From Candidatus Obscuribacteraceae bacterium (GTDB lineage Bacteria > Cyanobacteriota > Vampirovibrionia > Obscuribacterales > Obscuribacteraceae): a stretch of 64,000 nucleotides of DNA. Where the stretch lies: positions 32,001-96,000 of the forward strand of contig JBGASG010000001.1 in NCBI GenBank assembly GCA_044229845.1, in the 5' to 3' direction. This document shows, one piece after another, positions 52,130-62,354 of the stretch. How positions within the stretch are numbered: position 1 is the first letter of the stretch; each line of letters begins with the position of its first letter. Made by a program: the position numbers and the translations under genes. Under the pieces are notes generated by a model. The model searched no databases. It saw only the letters and a list, made by a program, of their open reading frames with translations, and was not told the origin of the DNA.

Positions 52130-53713
52130 CTATTCAGTGAACAGATCGGCGCCATCGTGATGCTTGAAGCTGTGCGACACTCCGAGTTCTCCGCCGACGA
52201 TCACTGCCTGATTTGTCCCAAGCGGCAGGACCTCTGGTTCGGAGCGGGCATACTTAAGTGCACCGACAAGCGAATGTGTAGTCCCTGTAGGACCAAAATG
52301 AATCAACTCTACAGTTGTGGTCAGACCGTCCTCATCGTCTAAACCCTCAGGCGCTATACCGGAGGCTACTACAATGTCTCCGTTGCCAAGCTCTCCGATA
52401 CCAGGAGCGCGCCTCGGGATCAACAAGTTACCAACTTTTGCCATCGTGTTTGTCTTTGGATCAAAGAGCTCGCATGCACCAGAGATTTGTCGACGCGAGT
52501 CCGTTCCTCCAACGATCAAAACACGTCCATCATGCAACGTCAACGTAGACGGTCCGTTGCGACCGCAATGAAGGTTCGGACCTTGTCGCTTCAGTCCAGT
52601 GTTTGGATCAACAATCCATGTTTGGTCGAACTTTTCGACTTTCGATCCGAAGTTTTCGCAGATGAAGATGTCGCCGTTTTCTAGTTCTGCTGCTGGCACA
52701 CTCCAGCCGCCGATGTTGAATTTCTCCAACACAGCACCCAGTCGCTCTTCACGGAGTTCCCTAGACTCGATGGTTTTATTGTTCACTTTGAATTGGTTCG
52801 GCCGTGTGTTTGACGTCTTACCTGAGTCAGCAGAATCGTAAAACGATCTACCACCATCGGGCACTTGCGCGAGGATCTTTCTTGCGTTCGGAAAGAAGTT
52901 TGACTTTATTGCATAACCCTCTACGAGCCTTGTCCTCCGATCGTAAGTCACCTGCAAGACCGAGTTGGGATCCCAGAAATAGTTGTTCGTCTGCAACAGG
53001 GCGTTGGCTGGCGAGTCGGGCACTTCGGAAGGTCCCAATAGTTTTTCAACGTCTGAGATGGACTTCCCCTTCAGAACATAGTGAGCTTCCAGATCGGGAA
53101 GCATCGAATGTCTGGCTTCGATCTCGTTGTGCCAGCGCTCTGGGAGGAAGGTCACTTTAGTCGGTGGGATTGAACCCAGAACCGATCCGGCGCAGGCAGC
53201 GATTAGTATGGGGAAGAGCATGATAGCCGGAATTTTGGCTACCAGGTCGAAACGCTTTTTTGACTGCCACAACAAAAAAGCGGCGATTCCGCCAGTGGTC
53301 GCACCGGACGGAAGTGCGTAAATCAAGAGGCTTAATAGGGTAAGAAAGTGGAAATGGTTGATCTCAGGATTTTCGGAGCCGGTCATGAACCACACGAAGA
53401 AACCAGTTGTTGTTGCTGTGACCGCGACCAGCGCACCATGAAGAACTCCGCAAATTACACCGTTAACGCTACGACTGCGGAGCGCCCTGTAAGAGAACCA
53501 GGAAGCAACACATACAGCAATAGTGATGGCTGGCATCACAAACATGATGCCGTTGCCGCATTTGAATCCTCCGGCAGCGAAGCCTATTTCCGTTTGAAGG
53601 AAGTTGACACCACTGTTTCTTGCGAATTCAACGGCTTCTAGCATGGTAACTAGCCATGCTAGAGTTGCTCCGACAAGTCCACCAAGGAGAAATATGCGTA
53701 GTCCGTCTGGCAT
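52130..53713 (-). CDS. Membrane protein with C-terminal Kelch-like repeats
   Basis: Several TM helices; LHDGRVLIVGG, ELFDP. Confidence 0.7.
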   Translation of the reverse strand: MPDGLRIFLLGGLVGATLAWLVTMLEAVEFARNSGVNFLQTEIGFAAGGFKCGNGIMFVMPAITIAVCVASWFSYRALRSRSVNGVICGVLHGALVAVTATTTGFFVWFMTGSENPEINHFHFLTLLSLLIYALPSGATTGGIAAFLLWQSKKRFDLVAKIPAIMLFPILIAACAGSVLGSIPPTKVTFLPERWHNEIEARHSMLPDLEAHYVLKGKSISDVEKLLGPSEVPDSPANALLQTNNYFWDPNSVLQVTYDRRTRLVEGYAIKSNFFPNARKILAQVPDGGRSFYDSADSGKTSNTRPNQFKVNNKTIESRELREERLGAVLEKFNIGGWSVPAAELENGDIFICENFGSKVEKFDQTWIVDPNTGLKRQGPNLHCGRNGPSTLTLHDGRVLIVGGTDSRRQISGACELFDPKTNTMAKVGNLLIPRRAPGIGELGNGDIVVASGIAPEGLDDEDGLTTTVELIHFGPTGTTHSLVGALKYARSEPEVLPLGTNQAVIVGGELGVSHSFKHHDGADLFTE

Positions 53714-53797
53714 GCGTACCTGAATCACCTGGGACTTAAGACTGTGTCTTGACTTGCTATCATTGTAGCGTCCCGTTGATAGTCTCGCTGGAGTGGC

Positions 53798-54859
53798 ATG
53801 AAAACTTCTCCATTGGTATCCGAACTGGAGCGCCTTCTGAAAGACTGCCGTGTGCCGGCGCTGGCAGCTGCAGCGGCGATAGGCGGCGAACTGTGCGAGG
53901 TGGCTGCCGTAGGGAAACGCCGAATTGGGAGTGACGAACAAGTTGCAGAAACGGACAAGTGGCACGTTGGGTCTTGTACGAAGCCGATGACGGCGACCCT
54001 TGCGGGTATTCTGATCGACAAGGGTGTGATGAACTGGGATACTCAGGTCGGTGTTGCATTCTCGAGTTGGAAGGCGGACATCCATGAAGGCTGGCGCTGC
54101 GTGACACTCGAGCAGTTGCTCTCTCACCATGGTGGAGCTCCGCACGACATACCTGCAGATTTGTGGTCGCGGACCTGGCAAGCGAACACGCTGCCGCCAA
54201 CGGAACAACGAATGGCTTTTGTTCGCGAGGTGCTTTCTCAGCCACCGGCCGTGGTGCCCCGCAGTAAGTACCTCTATTCAAATACTGGTTACGCTATCGC
54301 TGGACTGATGATAGAAACCTGCACTGACAGTGCCTGGGAGAAACTGCTTGGAGAGGAGGTGTTTGAGCCGCTCGGAATGAGTTCAGCAGGCTTCGGAACA
54401 CCCGGAGAGCCGGGAAGGGTGGATCACCCTTACGGACATACGCTAATTAAACGAAAACTGGTTCCTGTGGAACCTGGACCCGCAGGCGACAATCCGGCCG
54501 CCATTGGTCCAGGCGCGACAGTGCATTGTTCAATTGAACATCTTCTTCATTTTGCCGCTAGCCATGCAGGCACGAAACAGCTGGTTAGCACCGAGGTCAT
54601 GGAACGACTTCACCGACGATATGGCGCGAGTGAATACTCTTCAGGCTGGTTTGTAGTTGAACGCGATTGGGGTAAGGGTTACGTACTAAGTCACGATGGA
54701 TCAAACACCTATTGGTATGCCAGCGTCTGGATAGCCCCGTTGAGGAATGTGGCATTTGTTGCTGCCAGCAACGCACCTGCTCAAGCTGGGCAGAGGGCTT
54801 GCTGGGAGGCAATTAACGGCATGATCCGCAGACTCCTGAATGAATCGATGAGGGTTTAA
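53798..54859 (+). CDS. Serine hydrolase, beta-lactamase family
   Basis: GSCTK (SxxK), LLSHHGG, YSN, HDG. Confidence 0.9.
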   Translation: MKTSPLVSELERLLKDCRVPALAAAAAIGGELCEVAAVGKRRIGSDEQVAETDKWHVGSCTKPMTATLAGILIDKGVMNWDTQVGVAFSSWKADIHEGWRCVTLEQLLSHHGGAPHDIPADLWSRTWQANTLPPTEQRMAFVREVLSQPPAVVPRSKYLYSNTGYAIAGLMIETCTDSAWEKLLGEEVFEPLGMSSAGFGTPGEPGRVDHPYGHTLIKRKLVPVEPGPAGDNPAAIGPGATVHCSIEHLLHFAASHAGTKQLVSTEVMERLHRRYGASEYSSGWFVVERDWGKGYVLSHDGSNTYWYASVWIAPLRNVAFVAASNAPAQAGQRACWEAINGMIRRLLNESMRV

Positions 54860-55290
54860 AGATTCGCCGCGGCTTTCAGTTTCTTGCAAAGTTCGCCGGT
54901 TCGTAAGAAGTTCACGATCATGAAGAAACCGCCGATGTTGATTCGAACGACAGAAATGAACAAGGTGCCGCCGGAGTGCTCCACCTTAAGCATTCTTCCC
55001 GTGCCGTGGAGTCGAAACAGTTCCACGTTCGTGATGTTCGAAAATGGAACCGCGATGTCGTCATCTCCAGTGATGTGCATCTCGGAATCAGATAGAACCA
55101 AGGATCCAGATCGGGCCTTAGTTTTGAGGTCGACTGTCTCACCAACGTGGTATGCGACTTTGTATTTCAATTCTGATCGCTTTGTAGGGACATCTATTGT
55201 AGTCCGCTGACTCAGGATACGTCTGTGGATTTTCTCAACCTGGGACTGAATCTGCAAACACCTGGCTGGACGGATCGGCAAACCGAACAC
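54856..55290 (-). CDS. Small hypothetical protein (PH-like fold possible); start uncertain
   Basis: GSLVLSDSEMHI...VPFSNITNV. Confidence 0.5.
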   Translation of the reverse strand: MFGLPIRPARCLQIQSQVEKIHRRILSQRTTIDVPTKRSELKYKVAYHVGETVDLKTKARSGSLVLSDSEMHITGDDDIAVPFSNITNVELFRLHGTGRMLKVEHSGGTLFISVVRINIGGFFMIVNFLRTGELCKKLKAAANL

Positions 55291-55391
55291 TTAAAGAAGT
55301 GTACTGGTCCGGCTCGCGGTGCCGATAAAGCCGCATAGAATCGCCGTGTTTCGTTCACCAAAGCTGCCTGAGCACGTCGAAAGGAGGGCGC

Positions 55392-56693
55392 ATGGCACGT
55401 TTGAAGTCATTGTTGGCAGTACTAACGTGTGGTCTAGTCGCGAGCGGCAACGTTGTCCAAGCCTCCGACAACCGTTCGATGCAGGCGACCAGCATCACCC
55501 CGTTCCAAGTTCAGAACACAGCAACTCCTCGTCCGCCGTTTGTTGAGAAGTATCTGGTGGAAGGCACCTTGCAGAGTGGCGAGATGGCGGCCCGGGCAAG
55601 GCTGGATGAGTGCCCGCGCGATGATCAACTTCGATTTGGTTTGGGGATGTTGCAGTTCATTGGTGCCATCGAGGGGTTAGTTCAGGATCTGTACCGGTAC
55701 GGTTTGCGAACTGAATATGGTGGAGAGTTCAACTTGCCTTTTCCGAAGAACCCCCATCCCACAGCTCTGACCTATGACCTTTGCCGGCAATCGGTCGAGG
55801 AATTCCGTTCAAGGCTGGAACAGGCTGAGAGAACATTGGCAGGCATTACAGACACTGATGTGAAACTTCCTATTCATTTCGGTTTGATCAGACTGAATTT
55901 TGATGATGAGCCGCAGAGTGCTGGTAAGTCCGAGTCATTGTGGAAACTGTATGCGCAGCTGACAAGAACCAGGCAAGTCACAGAAGTTGCCTCAGAGCGC
56001 TTCTACATCACGTTTGATCGAGGTGATGTGCACTGGTTGCGCGGATACTGCCACCTCGTGATGGCGGTGTGTGATTCGATCCTGGCTTACGACTGCAAGG
56101 AGACGTTCGACCACACCGCGCACCTGTTCTTTGAGAGGACCGATACGCCGTATGCATTTCTGCGCAGACACGATTCAGGTCACAAACTTCTCGATCACGA
56201 ACTGGATGACATCTTTGACCTCGTAGCTCTCATTCATTTGATAAAGTGGCAAGTTAGAGAGCCGGCGCGAATGGAGTCTGCTCTGCACCATCTCGAGGCA
56301 GTTGTGGCGCAGAGCCGTTTAACTTGGAAGTCGATCATGGCTGAAGGCGACGATGATCACGAGTGGTTGCCCAATCCTGAGCAGAGTGGTGCCCTTCCCA
56401 ACATGAACGTGACGAAAGAGATGGTGGTGTCATGGAACCAGATGATGGACGACGTCGATCGGATGCTTGCAGGTAAGTTGCTGATTCCGTTCTGGCGAGG
56501 CGGTGAGCGGCGTGGGCTGAATTTGCGGAAAGTGTTTTTGCAACCGCGCGAATTTGACCTGGTGCTATGGTTTCAGGGTTCCGCTGCGGCGCCATACCTG
56601 GAAAACGGTCCCACTGCTAATACCCGCAGATGGGGCGAAAACATGAATGCGTTTGAACACAACTTCCCCGGCTTTGCACTTTGGTTCAATTAG
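55392..56693 (+). CDS. Secreted conserved hypothetical protein
   Basis: GGAGG RBS, signal peptide, FDRGDVHWLRGY, EWLPNP, FALWFN. Confidence 0.8.
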   Translation: MARLKSLLAVLTCGLVASGNVVQASDNRSMQATSITPFQVQNTATPRPPFVEKYLVEGTLQSGEMAARARLDECPRDDQLRFGLGMLQFIGAIEGLVQDLYRYGLRTEYGGEFNLPFPKNPHPTALTYDLCRQSVEEFRSRLEQAERTLAGITDTDVKLPIHFGLIRLNFDDEPQSAGKSESLWKLYAQLTRTRQVTEVASERFYITFDRGDVHWLRGYCHLVMAVCDSILAYDCKETFDHTAHLFFERTDTPYAFLRRHDSGHKLLDHELDDIFDLVALIHLIKWQVREPARMESALHHLEAVVAQSRLTWKSIMAEGDDDHEWLPNPEQSGALPNMNVTKEMVVSWNQMMDDVDRMLAGKLLIPFWRGGERRGLNLRKVFLQPREFDLVLWFQGSAAAPYLENGPTANTRRWGENMNAFEHNFPGFALWFN

Positions 56694-56708
56694 AGCCCTG
56701 AATCAAGG

Positions 56709-57059
56709 TCACGTCCAGCGTCCGCGTAGCCGTTCTGCGACCTGAAGCATTAACGGCTCTGAGAACGTCCCGATAGTGGCGACCAGCATGTCTTTAGGGA
56801 TTGCTGCGATGACGGAACAATCGATGTAGGAATTGAGCCGCAAACCGCCGGACTTCCCGTCTTCGCTGTCCTTTTTGACTGGTATGCACCAATATGCAGA
56901 CTGTCTAGTGGAGATGATGGGGAGAGCGAGAACTTCATCCCGAGTTCTATGTGGTTCGTCGGCCGAAACAATGACTGCCGGTCTCCGCTTTATCGTTGAC
57001 GTCCCGGCGGTATCAGTGTATTCCATTGCTACTAGAACTACGTCGCCTCTTTCGACCAT
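56709..57059 (-). CDS. PemK/MazF-family toxin
   Basis: RGDVVLV, KRRPAVIVS, GLRLNSYI. Confidence 0.85.
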   Translation of the reverse strand: MVERGDVVLVAMEYTDTAGTSTIKRRPAVIVSADEPHRTRDEVLALPIISTRQSAYWCIPVKKDSEDGKSGGLRLNSYIDCSVIAAIPKDMLVATIGTFSEPLMLQVAERLRGRWT

Positions 57060-57232
57060 GTTTCACCTTTTCGCGATTCTAACTGCCATTCTATCGTCCA
57101 TCACTCCCGTACGGTTTCCACAGCGTTTGATTGTTTCGTAGCGGCGTTTTTAGGCCCCCGCTGATAAGATGTTATCGATTCGACCACCCTGAGAGCGAGA
57201 TAGCAGATCACACAGGGGTTCGACCAGAAGGG

Positions 57233-57652
57233 ATGAAGATGCTGTGGGAAAAAGAAGCAGAGAAGTATGGCGCTGACGTAGAGCGCGTTCAGGTGTGGGA
57301 TGCTCTGTCCGAATTCTATTTGGATTCCTACAGAACAAATGAGGATGTTGAACGCATTGCGCAAGTATTGGCCCGGTCGCCCTTCTCCGTCGATGAGCTG
57401 CGCCATATTGAACTATTCGAGGTGGATTCGGTCTGCTGGATTAACCTTCAACCGCTTGTCGGTGGCGAGTGGTGCGGCTTTTCGCCAGATTGGCTAATTC
57501 CTAAGTGTTTGGAGCAGTCCCGCAAGCATCCCTACGGTCCACATCAATCGCGATCACTCCGGGGCAAATTTTGGCGATTGATTATCTTGTCAAACATTCC
57601 AGTGAAGCGGATTGAGCAGCTACGTAGTGAAGGACTCACGTCGCCGACATAG
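57233..57652 (+). CDS. Conserved hypothetical protein
   Basis: RVQVWDALSEFYLD, GEWCGF; start uncertain. Confidence 0.65.
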   Translation: MKMLWEKEAEKYGADVERVQVWDALSEFYLDSYRTNEDVERIAQVLARSPFSVDELRHIELFEVDSVCWINLQPLVGGEWCGFSPDWLIPKCLEQSRKHPYGPHQSRSLRGKFWRLIILSNIPVKRIEQLRSEGLTSPT

Positions 57653-57672
57653 CGTCCTCGACGTTCAGCGAG

Positions 57673-58002
57673 CTATTCCGCACCACCTGAGTCGCTGCGG
57701 GGACGGCGGGCGCGTTGCGTTAAAGCTTTCTCCTGGATGAGAAGAACGTCGGCGATGCTGATGCCGAACTTCTCTGAGAGTTCTTCAACAGTGTGTGGAC
57801 GACCGCCCTTCAGCCCTATGCGATATTTCAACAGGTCGCGTTCAGTCGAAGTGAGGCTGGGGAAGAAGGGGCTGTCTTTAGTGCTGATCCTGCGGCGGAT
57901 CCAGATGACATCGACATGAGCCATGCCGATTTCACCCTGAATGGAAAACCGAATGTAGTCGATGAAGAAGCTGATTTCTTCTAAGAGATGCATCTGGTCC
58001 AC
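57673..58002 (-). CDS. Small protein with sigma70 region 4-like HTH
   Basis: LTSTERDLLKYRIGL...HTVEELSEKFGIS...IQEKAL. Confidence 0.6.
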   Translation of the reverse strand: MDQMHLLEEISFFIDYIRFSIQGEIGMAHVDVIWIRRRISTKDSPFFPSLTSTERDLLKYRIGLKGGRPHTVEELSEKFGISIADVLLIQEKALTQRARRPRSDSGGAE

Positions 58003-58049
58003 ATTCTACGGTCTCAGTCGATATTGGACAAGGAGGCGAAGCTCCAAAT

Positions 58050-59063
58050 TCAGTGATTGTCCATTGCAAAGTCAACAATGACTGGGAAATGATCAGAACC
58101 AAAACTCGGACCGAGCGTTCGGTCTGTCACCCGGATATTGCCTCTGACGAAACAATTGTCGATCGGCAGCAGTGGAATAATGGTTTTCTTCTGAGTAGGC
58201 CAGCTCAGTTGAATTCCGCGCCCGAGTCTGGTGTCGAGCAGCTTTGCGTCGCTGACGACGCCACTAAGCGGATAGCACCAGCTCGCCGTGTTCATGTCGC
58301 CGCAAAGAATCACGTTCTCTCCGCTTCCCTGCAAAAACTCGCGCACGCCTGCGGCATCATCCAGATGCATCTTGTAGTAGCGCGGCGAAACAGGTCCCTG
58401 CAAGTGAGTATGCACCACGCTGACGATTCGATTGCCGAAGTCCAGATCAACTTTGATGAGCGGATGCTTTCGCTCACCAAATTCCTTGGTAATCGATTCT
58501 CGTATGGGAATACGAGAGAAAACACCGTTGCCGTAAGTATCCTCACGTGGAGCTATGCGCTGATACGGGTATTCTTTCAGCACTGGATTTAGGGCATTGA
58601 GCCAGAGCGGCGTTAATTCTTCGATGACAATCACATCTGGATTGGTGTTCTTGATGAATTCAGCCGCGTCGGCATGTCGCCGGTTGATGTATTCAACATT
58701 CATTTCAAGAAGCCGCAGTTTAGTCAAGTTCGCCGCATTGGAGCTGCTCGCGAGAGCTTGTGGTAGGTAAAAGGAGTGCAGTCCGGTGCCAAACACATTC
58801 ATCAACAACGAAAGTGCAGACATGGCGAACAGACGTTTGTCCCGGCGCAAACCTGTCCAAACCAAGCAAACAAGCCCCAGCCACAAGTACTGAACACGAA
58901 ACTGATTCAAGAGAAACAGCAACCAATTAAATCTGTCAAGAAACGCAAGCGTGGAGACGAGAAGCAATCCTGCAACCAGCAGCGTCAACAACTTCTTTTG
59001 GAGAGTTGAATTTCCCGGGGCACGTTCTGAATTCTTCCAGTGCACAGTGAGACCGGACCTCAA
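58050..59063 (-). CDS. Membrane-anchored endonuclease/exonuclease/phosphatase-family protein
   Basis: NPDVIVIEE, GDMN, PIDN, GSDHFP. Confidence 0.9.
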   Translation of the reverse strand: MRSGLTVHWKNSERAPGNSTLQKKLLTLLVAGLLLVSTLAFLDRFNWLLFLLNQFRVQYLWLGLVCLVWTGLRRDKRLFAMSALSLLMNVFGTGLHSFYLPQALASSSNAANLTKLRLLEMNVEYINRRHADAAEFIKNTNPDVIVIEELTPLWLNALNPVLKEYPYQRIAPREDTYGNGVFSRIPIRESITKEFGERKHPLIKVDLDFGNRIVSVVHTHLQGPVSPRYYKMHLDDAAGVREFLQGSGENVILCGDMNTASWCYPLSGVVSDAKLLDTRLGRGIQLSWPTQKKTIIPLLPIDNCFVRGNIRVTDRTLGPSFGSDHFPVIVDFAMDNH

Positions 59064-59255
59064 TCAGTGATATCAGAGCAAGTCATCGGCAGCCTCATTG
59101 AAGTATGATCTGATCAAGGACTTTGCGCAACAACAGGTGGATATTATTGTGACTGAGATTGAGCGATTGCGGGTTCCAATGCAGCGCATCACATATTGCG
59201 TTCACCAACGAATTGAACAACGAAATAAAATTGCTGGCTCTGATCGGACCCGCGC

Positions 59256-59774
59256 ATGAGCGGAAAAAAGATAATCATCATCGCGGGTCCGAATGGTGCA
59301 GGCAAAACAACATTTGCGCGCGAGTTCTTGCCCCACGAAGCTGGCTGCCCTATATTTGTAAATGCAGATCTGATTGCTGCCGGCTTGTCACCTTTCCGTC
59401 CCGAGCTGGCAGCTGTTAAAGCCGACCGGCTGATGCTGGAGCAGATAGTCGAACACGCCAACCGCGGGGACAGCTTTGCTTTCGAAACAACGTTGTCCGG
59501 GAGCGCCTATGTGCGGCGAATCCGGCAGTGGCGTGGCAATGGCTTCGTCGTGTTGCTCTTCCTCTCTCTGGCGAGCCCAGAGGAGGCGATTGCCCGAGTG
59601 TTGGAGCGTGTGGCGCAAGGTGGGCACGACGTGCCGGTTGAAGTGATTCGGCGGCGGTTTGCCTCTGGCTTACAGAATTTTGAGACTTTATATCGGGATG
59701 AGGTGGATGTTTGGCGGCTGTATGATAATAGTGGTGACGCGCCCAATTTAATTTCGGAAGGAAGTAGCCTGTGA
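59256..59774 (+). CDS. Zeta-toxin-like P-loop kinase/ATPase
   Basis: IAGPNGAGKTT, FVNADLIA, FETTLSG, GGHDVP. Confidence 0.88.
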   Translation: MSGKKIIIIAGPNGAGKTTFAREFLPHEAGCPIFVNADLIAAGLSPFRPELAAVKADRLMLEQIVEHANRGDSFAFETTLSGSAYVRRIRQWRGNGFVVLLFLSLASPEEAIARVLERVAQGGHDVPVEVIRRRFASGLQNFETLYRDEVDVWRLYDNSGDAPNLISEGSSL

Positions 59775-59953
59775 GTCCCGAAGAGCAAAACGAACTGAAG
59801 ATGCTTCTCGATGGCGCTACTGCAGCATTGAACCGCGCGGCGCAACGCGCCAGGGACCTGGCCAGGCAAACAGGCACGAAGATTGTGGTAATGCGCGATG
59901 GTGAGATGGTGAAAGAGACACCATCGGCTGATCGGAGTGCGGAGAGCGCGTAA
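59771..59953 (+). CDS. Small partner protein of the zeta-like ATPase
   Basis: GTGA overlap; ARQTGTKIVVMRDG. Confidence 0.7.
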   Translation: MSPEEQNELKMLLDGATAALNRAAQRARDLARQTGTKIVVMRDGEMVKETPSADRSAESA

Positions 59954-60119
59954 CAAGGCGCCGTGACTAAGTTAGTTGATCGAGTCTTCGACGAGACCGG
60001 GGACGAAATTTTGCACCATAGTCGCTGGCGAATCGAAGACGACTACAACAGAAGTTTAAATCGGTCGACTTCCAGCCTCACGATTTGATTCCTAAATTGA
60101 AGGCCGAAGCCTGAAACCA

Positions 60120-60162
60120 TCGGGACGATAGGATTTGAACCTACGACCTACTGCTCCCAAAG
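60120..60162 (-). other. att site: 3' half of tRNA-Pro(UGG)
   Basis: Reverse complement CTTTGGGAGCAGTAGGTCGTAGGTTCAAATCCTATCGTCCCGA; D-arm and 5' acceptor strand absent. Confidence 0.88.
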
Positions 60163-60320
60163 TAGCAGATATCGATTCTATACGCTTTGCGGCGACTTGA
60201 ACAGTCTGCAAAAAGCCCATAAAATGGCGATTCTTGTTCGCGGTGTCTTGAGGTGCCTGGAAATGGTCTGGGTACACAGTGGGTACAAGGCGCTGCGACC
60301 TACTGCTTCGGAGCCGTCTG

Positions 60321-61592
60321 ATGCCAAACATCACTAAATCTTTCGTCGACAAACTGCCGCCTTCCGCCCCGGGTAAGGCGGATTTCCATTTCGACGACTC
60401 CCTTAAGGGGTTCGGCGTGCGGGTGAGCGGGTCGACGAAGACCTATATTGTTCAGGCGTACGTGGAAGGAAAGAAGGAGAGGCTCTCTATCGGTCGCCAT
60501 GGCGTTGTGACTGTAGACTACGCCCGCAGGGAAGCGATTAAGCGCTTAGGCGAGATGGCGGCGGGCGAGAGCCCTTCCGCAAAGAAGAGAAGCCGCGAGG
60601 TCTCCGAGACTACCCTGCGTGAGCTGTTTCAAGAGTACAAACGGACGAGGGAAGCCAGCGGCGGTCTCCGCCCGAAGACCGTCAGCATATATGAGGGTGC
60701 CCTTGTTCGCTGCTTCTCTGACTGGCTCGATTTGCCTGTTGTGCAGATTACGGGCGCGATGGTGCTGAGTCGCTTTCAGGAAATCGCCACGACTGAAGGT
60801 ACGCGCAGCAACACGGGCGGCGCTAAAGCTCAAGCGGCTCAAGCGTTCCGGGTGCTGCGCAGCCTGCTGAACTATGCAAAGGACACTTACGAAGACTCCG
60901 AGGGCAAGCCGTTTTTCCAGTCCAACCCGGTGGACAAACTAACGAAAGTCCATCGCGGATGGAGCAGGGTGGCACCGCGCAATGATGTTATCGATCCGAC
61001 GGATTTGGCAGAGTGGTATCACGCCATTCTGAAGCTGAGAAGTGATACCGCTCGGGACTTCCTTTTGTTCTGTCTCTTTACGGGACTTCGCCGGACTGCC
61101 GCTTCTAAATTGAAATGGTCCAATGTCAACTTCAAAGCGAAGACGCTATTCATCCCGGCGACCGACGACAAAACCGGCAAGGAACAGAAACTTCCGGCGC
61201 CCGAGTTCGTGCTGCAACTGCTGCACGGACGGAAGGCATCCCCCACGGTCGACATAACGTACGTCTTCCCTGGCGATAATCCTGGAACGCATTTTCAGGA
61301 GCCGAAAAGTGCAATCGCAATGGTCAAGGCGCGCTCGGGGGTTAGTTTCTCCACGCACACACTGCGGAGGACGTTTGCCACCGTAGCTAGCAAGAGAGAA
61401 CTCGCGATTCCATACTACGCGGTCAAGAATCTATTGAACCACTCCGTGAGCGGCGATGTGACCGGACATCATTACGTACAAATAGATGTAGAGGATCTGC
61501 GAGAGCCTATGGAAGCCATAGCCGCTTATCTACAAGAGCGAATGAATGTACCGACAGAACAACTGTCTGGCACCATATCCGGTGCGCAATAA
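60321..61592 (+). CDS. Tyrosine integrase with N-terminal arm-binding domain (P4-like)
   Basis: DSLKGFGVRV, TGLRR, HTLRR, LLNH, HHY catalytic set. Confidence 0.93.
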   Translation: MPNITKSFVDKLPPSAPGKADFHFDDSLKGFGVRVSGSTKTYIVQAYVEGKKERLSIGRHGVVTVDYARREAIKRLGEMAAGESPSAKKRSREVSETTLRELFQEYKRTREASGGLRPKTVSIYEGALVRCFSDWLDLPVVQITGAMVLSRFQEIATTEGTRSNTGGAKAQAAQAFRVLRSLLNYAKDTYEDSEGKPFFQSNPVDKLTKVHRGWSRVAPRNDVIDPTDLAEWYHAILKLRSDTARDFLLFCLFTGLRRTAASKLKWSNVNFKAKTLFIPATDDKTGKEQKLPAPEFVLQLLHGRKASPTVDITYVFPGDNPGTHFQEPKSAIAMVKARSGVSFSTHTLRRTFATVASKRELAIPYYAVKNLLNHSVSGDVTGHHYVQIDVEDLREPMEAIAAYLQERMNVPTEQLSGTISGAQ

Positions 61593-62267
61593 GTGACGTC
61601 TCAAATAGACTCGCCCAGAAAACTACTCCTCGGCATGGGACTCCCGGCGGAGGCTGTGGAGGAAGTGCTGGGTTTAGCGCATGTGTATCAAAAGATTTGG
61701 CTACCCGTGACGTCAATCAGCAGAGAGCAGCGTGCCGAATTCGCAGCGCGTTTACTTCCAGCCCTAGAAACGATTCGAGAATTGGCTGCTGAGCAGAATG
61801 CAGATATCTGGGCACTAACACTCGCTGAGAGCGTGAAGCGCGATTGGGTGAGGGATGCTGAACATCATGTTATATCTCTCGCGGACGCGTTTTCTCCGAG
61901 CGCGCGAGATGTTTACGCTCGCCTTAATGAATCCAGACGAATACTGTCTGAGGAAGCGGAGCTGCTAGTCGCAATGGTGAGCGAGTCCCATCGAGCGCTT
62001 GTGAAAACGCGAAAGCAATTCGACCAACGGTCGCGCTATAGCCTCGCCGGACTAGTGGCAAGAGCGCTGCGCCGCCATGACGTGGACGTGCCCAAGCCGC
62101 GTCCAGAACGGAAAACCACCTATACGCTCGTCCTACAGGCGATTTTTTGTGACATTCTGAAAGATGTGAACAAGAACAGCAACCGGAACGGGCTATTCAC
62201 CGTCGCCTTAGAGGGATACAAGCGGTACATAACGGACAGCTGGCCAGAAACTCCTTTTGAAAAATAG
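61593..62267 (+). CDS. Hypothetical protein of the integrated element
   Basis: 224-aa ORF abutting the integrase stop. Confidence 0.7.
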   Translation: MTSQIDSPRKLLLGMGLPAEAVEEVLGLAHVYQKIWLPVTSISREQRAEFAARLLPALETIRELAAEQNADIWALTLAESVKRDWVRDAEHHVISLADAFSPSARDVYARLNESRRILSEEAELLVAMVSESHRALVKTRKQFDQRSRYSLAGLVARALRRHDVDVPKPRPERKTTYTLVLQAIFCDILKDVNKNSNRNGLFTVALEGYKRYITDSWPETPFEK

Positions 62268-62354
62268 GGAGGAGTTCGTGGCGCGGATGAGCGTCTGGAC
62301 TCCTCCCTTGATCAGGACTGACAATCCTCGCATTGTTTAGCGAGGATTTTGATT

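Noticed and set aside
59948..59977. Integron attC site (TAAC...GTTAG) after the zeta-like pair
   Set aside because: Only about 30 bp with no L boxes, and no integron integrase or other attC seen
60120..60200. Complete tRNA-Pro gene
   Set aside because: The 5' half (acceptor strand and D-arm) is missing; it is an att remnant
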